From Fistulifera solaris (Eukaryota), in contig AP026123.1 of assembly GCA_030295235.1 (NCBI GenBank), positions 1,736,001-1,800,000 on the forward strand: 64,000 nt of DNA, in the 5' to 3' direction. Below, in pieces: positions 49,069 through 60,173 of the stretch (the stretch's first letter is position 1; each line of letters begins with the position of its first letter). The notes under the pieces were generated by a model. It was not told the DNA's origin. It searched no databases and saw nothing but the letters and a program-made list of their open reading frames with translations. The position numbers and the translations under genes are program-made.

Positions 49069-50952
49069 ATGAAGGCAAAAAGCAATAATCATCACAGCAT
49101 TCAATTCCTTGGATCAACAAGAACAATGGTGGTGGACTCCGAAGAGAGCAACCATAGCTCTCGTACATCCGTCGAGAAAAATGCCATGTCTTCTTCGAAA
49201 AAGCGCGGACAAGCCCGGCGTTCGTTCGTATTTTTCCGACCCAAGGACACCCCGTCACCGCCAACGATGAAACGTTCATGGAGAAGACGAAAAAGTAATA
49301 GTAGTAGCCGTCACAGTATACGCATTGACGCGGAAACGAGTTCGACCGAAGACACCGAAAAAGAATTGACGGATGCCATGATGCGGACGACGATTGTTCC
49401 TACAGCGAAAATTTCCAGAGAACGCAAAGATGAAAAAACAGAGCGTCAGGAATTACAACAAAGTGCACCACCCCTTACCGAAGCGACGGCTATCTTACAG
49501 CATTCTTACCTGGAACTCTTATGTGGGTCCTCTAATGCAGTCGGTGAGAATACTCTTTACCAAAGAAAAAATACTCTCCCGGATGATCCGACCATACAAG
49601 AGTCGATTGAATGTATTTTTGCTTCTCAACTCGCCGAAGGATTACCCAGTTTATTGATGGGAGATGACGAAGATGATGACGATAGCACGGATTTGGGGGA
49701 TCGTTTAGTGGCACCATCAACGTTACAACAATCTCTGTTCAAGAGTCGATGTCATTATATTCTCGAGGGAACACCACCACCCGCGTCGAAACCCAAAAAA
49801 CAACATGTACATAGCACTTTAATCCATTTACAAACGATGGATTCATCGGGACAAATTGAGATTGCGGAAGACTTCGAAAGCTCTCCATCCATGTCAGAAC
49901 GGTGTGTATGCTGCAGGCAGTCGAGACCGGCGCTCGATCCGAAGCATTGGCCTCAACGACCGCTGCTGCTCCGCCCAACACCCGGAAGTGGGACGAAAAT
50001 AAAAGGAATTCGATTTTCCGGATCCTCGGAATATATTTGGACTGCCGAGAAATCGGTTTTGACATGGCCGACTTATTTGAAATTACATTGGGGAATTCCG
50101 GAATCATCGCCACGAGGATCGTGGAATCCTCCCGACGTCACGATGTGCGACCAGTGTATGATTTTGCCAATTAACAACGGAAATGAGACTCTGGGTGAAA
50201 GTTTAGTGACCGACTTTTACACAGATCTTTTTGAAGGAACTTTGCTTCTTCGGTTAAGAAAAAGCGAGGGAACAACGCCGCAAAAGTACGATGATTCCAT
50301 TGGGTACTTTGCCAATATGAACCGTAGATACCAAGTTGTCGTACGTGGGCGTTTTCGAAAGGATATTCGATGGACTGAATGTCTCACGGGATTTGAGCTC
50401 AGTCGACCTTGTGGAAAATTGCCTCCGAAGTGGATGTTGAACGGGGCGTTAAAGGTTCTTAGTTTCTTTGCACCACAGCTACAAGCCAAAATTGATACGA
50501 AAAACCCCTCTACAATGTCTCCACTTGGCAGTACTCCTCAGTGCCTTGTGGTAGAGGAAAGTGATTCACTGACGATGAGCAAAATTGACGCCCCACAATC
50601 GGAACCAGAGGAAGTGTCGAAAACGCTGCTTGGCAAAGCATCAAGTGCCACGTCTTCCATGCAACGAGCCCGCTATCGGAAGAAAGTTTTCGATAAATTA
50701 TTTTCACAAAACAGTCCTATACCGGTTACCGACTGTTCAAAACTTTATACATTTGAGTTTCTCCAGCATCTCATCAACTTTGATGAATTTTCGGTGGAAC
50801 TCGGTTCCGTCTTGGGCGCTATACGGCTTCAAGAACTCTTGGATGGACAACCCTTGCAAATCATGGCTACTCATTTTGAGCGAAGGTTGTGGTCCTTTGA
50901 CATATGGCACGAAATGTTAGTAGAAGATGCTCTTCGTAGTGATCAGGCTTAA
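49069..50952 (+). CDS. Hypothetical protein with C-terminal DUF1769-like domain
   Basis: Long intact ORF; FEGTLLLRLR, YFANMNRRYQVVVRGRF, SPLGSTPQ, YTFEF motifs. Confidence 0.65.
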   Translation: MKAKSNNHHSIQFLGSTRTMVVDSEESNHSSRTSVEKNAMSSSKKRGQARRSFVFFRPKDTPSPPTMKRSWRRRKSNSSSRHSIRIDAETSSTEDTEKELTDAMMRTTIVPTAKISRERKDEKTERQELQQSAPPLTEATAILQHSYLELLCGSSNAVGENTLYQRKNTLPDDPTIQESIECIFASQLAEGLPSLLMGDDEDDDDSTDLGDRLVAPSTLQQSLFKSRCHYILEGTPPPASKPKKQHVHSTLIHLQTMDSSGQIEIAEDFESSPSMSERCVCCRQSRPALDPKHWPQRPLLLRPTPGSGTKIKGIRFSGSSEYIWTAEKSVLTWPTYLKLHWGIPESSPRGSWNPPDVTMCDQCMILPINNGNETLGESLVTDFYTDLFEGTLLLRLRKSEGTTPQKYDDSIGYFANMNRRYQVVVRGRFRKDIRWTECLTGFELSRPCGKLPPKWMLNGALKVLSFFAPQLQAKIDTKNPSTMSPLGSTPQCLVVEESDSLTMSKIDAPQSEPEEVSKTLLGKASSATSSMQRARYRKKVFDKLFSQNSPIPVTDCSKLYTFEFLQHLINFDEFSVELGSVLGAIRLQELLDGQPLQIMATHFERRLWSFDIWHEMLVEDALRSDQA

Positions 50953-51025
50953 TGGTCACTCATTATGATGTACATACACTAACCTAGAATGGAGTGATTA
51001 CACTACTACTCGGTAGTTCTATACT

Positions 51026-52120
51026 TTATGATGAAAAGTTATCCGCAGCCAAACAATCTTTCAGTAGCATCGCCGCATGAAGCTGAATGGAAGCGTTAAG
51101 CCTATCGTAATCATGCTGGCCTTCCACGAGACCCCAGTTGGAAATATTGAATTCCTCTTCCACGCGCGCGGCTTCCATAGCCGCGTCAACGTCTTTAATA
51201 CTTCCGCTCTTACCCAGTAACAGAAAAAGTGCCAACAACATGCTCTTGGTTTCAATCGTCATGGCGTGCAACGCCGTCAAATGCCAAGCATCGAGCGAAT
51301 GCACCACATTGTGACAGGCTTGTTGCAATTCGGGCGGATGGGGCAATTGTTTCTGTTTGGCCATAAGCATACTTTCGGCATGTCCCATGGCGACACCGGG
51401 AGCGTATCCTCCACTCCATGCGGTGATCCAGGCATGTACATCTTTCCAAGCGGATTGTTGACGACGATGGATGCTGCGTTCTTCCATAGGATCGGCCCAG
51501 TAACAGACCGTGTCCGTGCGCAGATAGCGCAGAATGTTGTTTTGATAAAATTCGGTAGCCTGTGCCGTCTGATCAATGGAAGTAGCCACCAAGGTCATGA
51601 GCGGCATTTGCGTGGGATTAATGACATCGACAACTTGACAATTCCATTCGGCGGCGAGCGCGTACGCTAGATTCTCCGAGGGGACGGCGAGCGGATGTCC
51701 TAAAGGCGTCTTCAAAGGACGTTCGTCCAGTCGAATCGTGAACCACTTTAGCTCGTTCTCCAGTGGTTCGTTTGATCCTGGTACACGTAATTGGAGCATC
51801 TGAGATTGTTGTTGCTTGTCGCCGCCGCGAACGACACCGGATGCACTGTCGGTATTGTCAACGCCCGCTGAAATAGGAGACTCTTGCATCGACTTGTTGT
51901 CTTTATTGGGTTTCTTTCTTTCCTCCCAAACTGGAGGACATGATACTACATCGACATGAACGTAAAATCGTCTACGGCGTTCCGGTCCGGTTGCCTTTCG
52001 TTCGGAGAAAAATCGACGGGCAATTGATGACGATGATTCCTTTGACGCTCGGTGAGGGCCTCCGCAACCCACAATGCAGCGTCGCAGATTTCGCGGAATA
52101 GAAGCTCGTGTAATGTACAT
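51026..52120 (-). CDS. ATP12: Mitochondrial F1-ATPase assembly factor ATP12
   Basis: RRFY, LDERPLKTP, ALAAEW, MPLMTL, YLRTDTVCY, ARVEEEFNISNWGLVEGQHD. Confidence 0.94.
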   Translation of the reverse strand: MYITRASIPRNLRRCIVGCGGPHRASKESSSSIARRFFSERKATGPERRRRFYVHVDVVSCPPVWEERKKPNKDNKSMQESPISAGVDNTDSASGVVRGGDKQQQSQMLQLRVPGSNEPLENELKWFTIRLDERPLKTPLGHPLAVPSENLAYALAAEWNCQVVDVINPTQMPLMTLVATSIDQTAQATEFYQNNILRYLRTDTVCYWADPMEERSIHRRQQSAWKDVHAWITAWSGGYAPGVAMGHAESMLMAKQKQLPHPPELQQACHNVVHSLDAWHLTALHAMTIETKSMLLALFLLLGKSGSIKDVDAAMEAARVEEEFNISNWGLVEGQHDYDRLNASIQLHAAMLLKDCLAADNFSS

Positions 52121-52637
52121 GGCATGCAGATTCTATTTAGGAGCACAACGTCGACTTGATCAATCTATGATGAGTGATGAATGATGAGGTACAGTAAACG
52201 AAAAACGAAATGGCGGAAAAGTCGAAAAAATGGACCGACAAATGGTTAGCTAATGAAAAATGAGATTCCGAATTCCTCTTTTGAACTGCCTGTCGTCCGT
52301 CGTGCGGAGGAATCTTTTTCGAATCTTTTCATCGTCCGAGCTAGAGCGCCGATCATCCACATCACAACTGATGGCTGATGGCCAATGACAAGATTTGAAT
52401 AGATGTCTGTTAATACTACAGTATCAAGGTAAGCGATGCTGTTTGCAACTGTTAACGAGGAGAAAACGAGATTGTGGAAAAATATTTGATAAAAATGTAG
52501 ATGATAATATAATGGTCTAAATGTAAATTGCATTCGTGTCTTGCAAAGGATTTGACGACGCACAAATGCATAGAAAATTCGAGGGAACCAGAGAGTAGTA
52601 ACGATATTGTCGCTCGGAAAATATCTTTCGTTCTGTA

Positions 52638-52883
52638 TTACGCCAACATGCGCAACAAATGTTGCGCTGCCTCGGCGTCCTGACGTTTCTTCTCTTGTTC
52701 CTGAAAACGACGAATGTCGTCGAGATTATAAAACAAGACTTGCTTCACACTGGGGGTGACACTTGGTAGAAGGTGTGTCACAACACTATCGTTGAATGAG
52801 ACAGAGAGTCGGCGCAAGGCTTTCTTGTGAGGACGAGCACAAACGGCAACATCCCGGCTTCGCTTGTTGTGAGCTTTGGTCAT
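52638..52883 (-). CDS. Small hypothetical protein (81 aa), paralogue of 41988-42293
   Basis: SVSFNDSV...KQVLFYNLDDIRRFQEQEKKRQD motif shared with the paralogue. Confidence 0.7.
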   Translation of the reverse strand: MTKAHNKRSRDVAVCARPHKKALRRLSVSFNDSVVTHLLPSVTPSVKQVLFYNLDDIRRFQEQEKKRQDAEAAQHLLRMLA

Positions 52884-53706
52884 GGTGGGTCTGTTTCTTG
52901 TTGTTATGTATAAACATACCCCTTTCGTTTTATGCCGTAGATTCGTTTCGAAGTTTTGAAATAAGTGTCAAACGATGATTTGTTGTTTCAGCAGAGACAA
53001 CAATAATGCAAAAGTCCGACGATCGATTCGAGAAATTGGGGACCAACACATGGGGCAACTTTTGTGTGGCTCGTAGCATCGACCGTGGTGGGGGCAATAG
53101 GCCATCGCCACTCCGAGGGTCACAGTTCTGGCTAACGCACAACGCACACAGCCAAAATTCAAATCAATCGTGATGTCGCAGAAACGTTGATTCTATCAAA
53201 TAAAGTGTACTAATTTTATATGTACAGTTATTTTCGTTCGTAGCCACGAAAATTCAAGCAAGTCACGAGGTTCAAATTTTGAGTGTGACTTAGAATGTAC
53301 ACAGAGCTCGCATTCATTCGGAACAAACCGAATTGCCGTGTCGCAGAGAGAGCATCGGTGACGGATCTCGGATCAATCGAATCTTTCCTCGCAAAAACCA
53401 CGATCACCTGCCATCACGGAAATGCCGCGTCTTTATGGGAACAATCGAGACACCATCATCACAAGTGTCAAGAAGATTTTCTTTGACGAGCATTCATGTG
53501 ACTGACTTCGGAAAATGCTTGCCGAAATCCCGTCTCTAGCTAAGACTACTACAAACTACAAAGCAGGAGCCCGATCGAAATAACGTAGAAGTCATCTAGC
53601 TAGTTACGTGGGCGCAATATTAGAGGGAGTTTTAGTCGGCAGATCTACATATCTCGTTCACCTAAGAAACTATATTTTATTCCTTCATTAGCTATAGTTA
53701 TCTGAT

Positions 53707-56174
53707 TTATTCTTTCTTCGGCGTGTAAAGCCCGACCTGATCCAACAAGAACGCATAATCGAACGCCAGCTCTCTCAAATACTTGTATCGATCACTTGCA
53801 CTGAAATGCCCAGCGCTCATGTCTGTCTTCAAGCAAACTGGACCAGAATCCGGGCTTTGAAGGTGACGCAAAGTCGCAGCAAACTTGGCAGGCTCCCAAA
53901 ACTGTACACGAGGATCGTGAAGACCGCACGTCAACAAACAAGCTGGGTATGTTTTTCCAGGTTGAACATTCTCCATGGGACTATATTCCATCATATATTT
54001 ATGATACTTCTCTTCAGACGGGTTTCCCCATTCTTCCCATTCTACAATGGTCAAAGGAATGGAAGCATCTGCCATGGTACAGCATACATCGACAAATGGT
54101 ACTCCCAGAATAGCTGCTTGAAATAGCTCAGGAGATTGGTTAATCGAGGCTCCAATCAACAGGCCACCAGCGCTTCGTCCCTCACACGAAAGGAGTTTTG
54201 GCGTGGTTAGCTTGCGATCTTCCACCAACCACCGTCCCACATCGACAAAATCATTGAAGGTGTTTTTCTTGCAAAGATACTTAGCACCGTTGGGCTCCTC
54301 GTACCACTGCCGACCCATTTCAGCACCGCCACGAATGTGCGCAATCACGTACACGACGCCCCGGTTTAGCAGTGCGAGCCGCGTGGCACGAAAATCGGCT
54401 TCCACAGAACTACCGTACGAGCCATAGCCGTACAAGTGCACGTTCACCGGAGTACCGTTGTTCTTGGCGTCGTCCATGACATCTTTGCGATACACAATGG
54501 ACACGGGAATATGGGTGACACCGTCCCGTGATGTCACCGTTGTCCGCTCGCAACCATACAAGGACTTGTCATATCCAGGGACTAGACGCTCTTTGATCAC
54601 TTTGCGCTGACTCGTATCGTCCATGGAGATTTCCAGCGACTGCGACGGGGTCACAAGAGAATCGTAGACCGCCATCATTCGGTCCGTGTCGAATTCGGCA
54701 TGAGACCCCATACTCACATCGTAGGCATCTTCGGTAAACTGCAGTGTTTCCATCTTTGCAGCTACGACAGCGTCGTTCGACTCAGTGAGGTTGTCAGCAT
54801 CTGATGGTACACTGAGAATCCAAATGCGAGGCAAACCACTTTCTCGACCGTATGCAACAACATGCTTCTTAAAGCAGGTGACACTGTCGAGGAACGATCG
54901 TAACCTCCATCAAAGACAGTTCTCATGGAACCATCAGCATCTTTCACTGACACCAGCTTCCATTGGGCTTCGCAGTTGGCGACAGCAGGAGCCGTAAACA
55001 AAGCCATATTGGGCAAGCTGCCTACATTCGACTGAATCCACCACTTCCCATTGCGATGTTCGACGTCGTACAGCACCTTTGGTCGTCGCTTGGCAATACA
55101 TTGTAGGGTGGAGGACGCGTCGTGGAGGTCTAGATAATGTACTTCTGCCGTTTCTTTGCTTTCCACTTGCACAAAGAGATACTTCCCGTCCAAAGATTTG
55201 GAAATCCCCATCCAAAAAAGTTCATCTTTCTCTTCAAACAGTAACTCATCTGGATTCGATCCATCCAGCGTACGGCGATACAGCTGATACGGCCGCTGCG
55301 TTTCATCCATTTTTAGGAAAAAGATGGTATTGTCATCGGCACCCCAGCGTAACGACCCGTAAATTTCCAAGTCATCATCTTGATGGACAATCTCTCCGGT
55401 TGTCAAATCCTTGACGAACAATTGACAAATTTCGTTTCCGCTGAAATCTGCCGCATACGCCAACAGTTTATGAGAAGGAGAGTGTTTGACCGTACCCGTC
55501 GAACAATACGGCTTTCCTTCCGCCAATTCGTTGACATCGAGCACAACTTGCTCTCCCGGCAATATGGGAGTTTCCGCGAGACCATCCCACTCAATGAGTC
55601 CATCTTCGCAAGGACGCGGCGCACGGCAGTGCACCGTGTACGATTTTCCTTGAAACGTGCGTGTGTAATAACTGTACTCCCCATCCGGACGCGGCGTCGT
55701 GTAATCTGTCTCTTGAATACTCGACAACATTTCTTGATACAATTCTTCCCGCAGTCCCTCCAAGTGTGCCGTGACAGCTTGTGTGTATTCATTTTCGGCT
55801 CGCAAATGCTGCTGCACTTCTTCCTTGTCGCGCTTGTCATCCCGCATCCATCCGTAGGGATTGGGTGTCGCCACCGGTGGATCCAGCAATGGTTCTGGCG
55901 AATTCATGCCCTGTCGAGGATATTTCAAATCCCATCCGGGAGGTGCGACTCCTGTATAGTACACGGCATCTTCATCGCGGCGTGCGACGGGAGGTGTTGC
56001 TGTCGTCGACATGTTGTTGGATGATCCGCCGCGCAGTGTCGTCAAAGAAGATGCGATAGCGCGAGAGTACGGTTGGCGAGGATGATGCTTCACCAAAAAG
56101 GCCGTTGCGGAACGGAGAAAGCCAATGTTGGAAATAATGAAAAATGATGAAACTTGCTGAAAGGAAACGAGCAT
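53707..56174 (-). CDS. ptrB: Oligopeptidase B (S9A) with targeting presequence (frameshift ~54890)
   Basis: NPYGWMRD, HLRAENEY, YGYGSYG, HIRGGAEMG, GRSAGG, HDPRV, AGHFSASDRY. Confidence 0.94.
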
Positions 56175-56528
56175 GCTCCTCTTTGTAAGAATGAAGACGA
56201 AAGAGTAGCTCTCTCGTTTTTATGATCCTCCGATGACTCCTGCAATCTTTTTTTTCGTTTTTGGCGAAAGCGGCATCTCTTCTTTTCCGCGCCGCTCTTT
56301 GCGGATCTTTCGAACCGTGCAATAAACGTACCGGTACTCATTTGAAATGCCGAAAGGTACGTCATTCACTCCTCGAAAATGAAACCAAAGAACATCGCAC
56401 CATGATGGCTCTTGAACATTGTTGAACTTGTCGTTACTCCTAATCTATTGTCTTTCGTCAAATCCGTATTGCATTTAAATATCTTCTTCCTTTCACTTTC
56501 TTTCAACTGCGTTAAATAGAACTTAATC

Positions 56529-57581
56529 ATGCAGCGCATTCTATTTTTGGCGCTTCTGGCGCGAGCCTTTCTGACGGCGCAAGCCTTTACTCCTCATCTT
56601 CCGACGACTCATCCTCGTCCGCCGACAACATTCACTGGTCGAACATTTTCTACAACATCATCACTATTCTCTTCATTGCGACAACAAGACACCAAAGATC
56701 TTGTCGGAGACGATGCGGCGGCGTTTTCTTTGGAAGAACAGTCCTTGACGGAATGGATTCAATTTTCCGTCGCCACCGGGACCGTCCTGGCGCTGGTGGC
56801 ATACGTGTGGTTCTGGCCCTCGGGTCCCCACGGTGGTGATGCCTTTCTCAACACCATTCAGTCAACTCTCGGAACGACCGACCCAGCGGTCAACGTCACG
56901 GGAATGTTATCGGTTTTTGCCGTCTTTCATTCGGGGTTGGCCGGATTGCGCACGTATGCGGAACCCGTGGTAGGAGCACGGGCTTGGCGGGTGTTGTTTG
57001 CCTTGGTTAGTCTCCCCTTGGCACTATCTTGTATTTCTTACTTTATCAATCATGCACACGAAGGAACTCAATACTGGGATGTGACGCAAGTTCCGGGGAT
57101 TCATTCTGCGCTTTGGATCGCCAACTTTATCTCTTTCTTGTTCCTGTACCCGAGTACGTTTAATTTGTTGGAAATTGCTGCGATTCAACCACCACAACTG
57201 CATTTGTGGGAGACGGGCATTACGCGAATCACACGGCATCCTCAAGCCATCGGGCAATTTGTTTGGTGCTTTGCGCATACGTTGTGGTTAGGAACATCGA
57301 CCGCGGTGGCGGCGTCCGCGATTCTGGTCGCTCATCATGCCTTTTCGATTTATCATGGGGATCGACGACTACAAACACGGCATGGGGAAAATTTTGAGTA
57401 CATCAAGAGCAAAACATCGGTAGTACCATTTCAGGCGATATGGGAAGGACGACAAGAGCTCCCTCCGGATTACTACAAAGAGTTTCTACGCGGACCTTAT
57501 TTTTTGGTAGTTGGAGGTACCATAGCTGCTTACTTTGCACATCCGTACATGCAAGCCGGAGCTGCGCTTTTGCATTGGTAG
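56529..57581 (+). CDS. Z-ISO: 15-cis-zeta-carotene isomerase (NnrU family), plastid-targeted
   Basis: AQAFTP presequence; HSGLAGLR, FLYPSTFNLLEIAA, GITRITRHPQ, HGDRRL, TSVVPFQAI. Confidence 0.92.
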   Translation: MQRILFLALLARAFLTAQAFTPHLPTTHPRPPTTFTGRTFSTTSSLFSSLRQQDTKDLVGDDAAAFSLEEQSLTEWIQFSVATGTVLALVAYVWFWPSGPHGGDAFLNTIQSTLGTTDPAVNVTGMLSVFAVFHSGLAGLRTYAEPVVGARAWRVLFALVSLPLALSCISYFINHAHEGTQYWDVTQVPGIHSALWIANFISFLFLYPSTFNLLEIAAIQPPQLHLWETGITRITRHPQAIGQFVWCFAHTLWLGTSTAVAASAILVAHHAFSIYHGDRRLQTRHGENFEYIKSKTSVVPFQAIWEGRQELPPDYYKEFLRGPYFLVVGGTIAAYFAHPYMQAGAALLHW

Positions 57582-57717
57582 AAATAATAAAATGATGGGC
57601 GTTCCTTGTTTAATACAATTTCTTTTATGGTGAAAACATAAAATGAATTGAATGCAATCAAATTTCATTGCAAGATAAACACATCAATAAGCGTGAACTA
57701 ATATTACATTAGCTTGT

Positions 57718-58086
57718 CTAACGATCCTGAATGGTCACGTCAACCTCAACACCGGGCTCAATGTTGATCATGGTGATTTGCTTGACGACATCACTGGGGG
57801 CATGCAAATCGATCAAACGCTTGTGAATGCGCATTTCGAAACGGTCCCATGTGTTGGTACCTTCACCACTGGGAGCCTTACGAGTCGTAATTACCAAGCG
57901 CTTGGTGGGCATGCGCACCGGTCCGGAAACGTGCAAGTTCTTGTCAACGGCACCTTTCTTCACGTCAGCGCAGACCTTCTCCAAGTTGGCTACGTTACGG
58001 GAAGTAAGTGTGATACGGATACGGTGCACAACCTGATCTTCAGAGGCAGCGGCGGCATCCTTCTTGACGGGGGGAACGTACGACAT
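57718..58086 (-). CDS. RPS20: 40S ribosomal protein S20 (uS10)
   Basis: [38 protein letters not shown]. Confidence 0.98.
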   Translation of the reverse strand: MSYVPPVKKDAAAASEDQVVHRIRITLTSRNVANLEKVCADVKKGAVDKNLHVSGPVRMPTKRLVITTRKAPSGEGTNTWDRFEMRIHKRLIDLHAPSDVVKQITMINIEPGVEVDVTIQDR

Positions 58087-58546
58087 GATGATGAATGTGT
58101 TTTTGTTTGATTTTTACTCGATTTGATCACTTCCGACTGCAAAAAATCACCAATTCAGTTGTGAGCGAATACTGGTTGTACTTATGTCATTATTTCGGCC
58201 CAAAACTGGCTCAAAATGCATTTCATAATAAAACTTACCTAAGGCAAAGTGAGAAGTGCCATGGTCGCGGTGTCGGTGGATGTGGATGCTCTCGTTTTAT
58301 TTTCAGCAGGAAATGAGGGCGGTCGCATTACAGACTATTGTAGTAAAACGGTAATCAGTAAAAACGATTACGTCGATCGACTCCCGTATCGTCCGTTGGT
58401 TCACGCTGCTACTCGCAGCCATTGCTTTCGCGCTCACATTTTCAACTCATTTTTTATTCTTTTCTTTGTTTTCTCCCTTTGAGAGGCGTATGTTCTTACC
58501 AAGGAACATTTTTCTATCGAGTCAAAGATACCAACGAAATTCAGAG

Positions 58547-58812
58547 ATGGGAGCCAAGGAAGATGAAAGCATGCAAAAATCACTGGCCATGTTGGCCTTG
58601 TTGAAAGAACAAGGATTTGAAAAGGCAGCCAAGGCGTTGGAAAAGGAAATTAAAGAAAAGTACGGGACCGTCAAGTCCACATTGCCACTCGGATCATGGA
58701 CGTACTGTGAAATAAGCAAAAGTGACAGTAGCGACAGCGATGATAGTAGGGATGAAGAGGACAAGAAACCTATCATCGCGAAACCAGTTAAGAAAGCAGA
58801 CTCATCGTCATC

Positions 58813-58864
<52 letters not shown>

Positions 58865-60073
58865 GATTCTTCCTCCGACAGTGACTTATCAGATGACGAG
58901 AAAGCGATAAAAAATGACCAGCCCGTGGCAACGAAGAAAGCAGTGAGCTCGAGTTCTTCCTCCTCGTCCGAAAGTGATTCGTCATCCGACGAGGAGGAGG
59001 TCAAGAAAAAAGCCTATCCAACAACCTGCAGCAAAGAAAAATGAAAGCAGCAGCGAATCGAGCGACAGCTCGTCCGAAAGTGACGATGACTATAGGAAAG
59101 CAAAGGTTGTTGTAGCCGTAAAGGAGCAACCGAGGGCTGTGAAGGATGACTCCTCATCATCTTCCTCCTCAAGTGATAGTAGTGATTCGGATGATAGTGA
59201 TTCGGAGGACGAAAAGCAACCAATCAAAGAGAGTGCCAATACGAAAGTGTCGAAGACAGTTAGCGCTAAGGCTTCTTCTTCGTCCTCATCTTCGTCTTCT
59301 TCCTCGGCCTCATCTTCATCGTCTTCAGAAAGCGAGCAAAAAGCACCCAATAAGGCTCATGAGGAAAGTGACTCATCCAAAGATTCAGATTCAGATAGCG
59401 ACAATGATAATGATAATCTCAAACGCAAAGCAGCATCTCCCAACACGACGAATCCCGCCAAGAAGCTAAAAGTGGAAATCAAGGAAGTTTCCCCCGACGA
59501 CAATAGCGACGACAGTGATGTGAGTGATGTAGAGGTATCGGATGTTTCGTCGGTCGATGTTTCTTCATCGTCCTCTTCGTCATCGTCATCATCGGACGAC
59601 AGCAGCGACAGTGAGAGCTCTAGTGACGACTCTTCTTCCTCTGATGAGGAATCAGAAGACGATGACGACGCCGCAAAGAGAGCACAGACAAGAAAGAAAG
59701 AGGCAGAACGAAAGGCTAAAGCAGCAGCCGAAGCAGCTCTCCAATGGACCCCAAAAGCAGTCAAAGCCGCGGAAATAGCTATTACGCCAGGTAGCGACGG
59801 AGCCCAGGCTTTATCAAAAGGAAAGCCATTCCAACGTGTCGACAGCGAACATTGGGGCACTGTTGCTGTTGAAAAGGTGGTGCCATGGCGGATAACTCAT
59901 ATGAAGGCGTCTTTGGAGAATCAGGTTTTGGACTGAAAGCGAGCGAGAAGCTTCTTCAAGTCCGCGGCAAAGATTTTACAAGAGAGAAAAACAAGAGAAA
60001 ACGAACTTTTAATGGTTTCTCACGTAGTGGAGGTCAGATTGATGCCGAGACGAGCTACTCTACCAAATTTTAG
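58547..60073 (+). CDS. SRP40: SRP40/Nopp140-like nucleolar phosphoprotein (frameshifts ~59010, ~59875)
   Basis: LisH-like start, alternating Ser/acidic and basic blocks, SRP40_C motif PFQRVD...KLLQVRGKDFTREKNKRKR. Confidence 0.88.
58814..58864 (+). repeat. (TCG)17 microsatellite encoding poly-Ser
   Basis: Perfect trinucleotide run within the SRP40-like CDS. Confidence 0.92.
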
Positions 60074-60173
60074 GACTTTAGTTCATGATTAAAGACGACT
60101 ATAGTGAATTATGTTTCTAATTATGGATGAAAAGTCATGTGATTTTTTCCACAGTGGTCTTCGCTACCTATAT

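Noticed and set aside
58522..59860. Long minus-strand ORFs over the SRP40-like gene
   Set aside because: Antisense shadows of low-complexity Ser/Asp codons.
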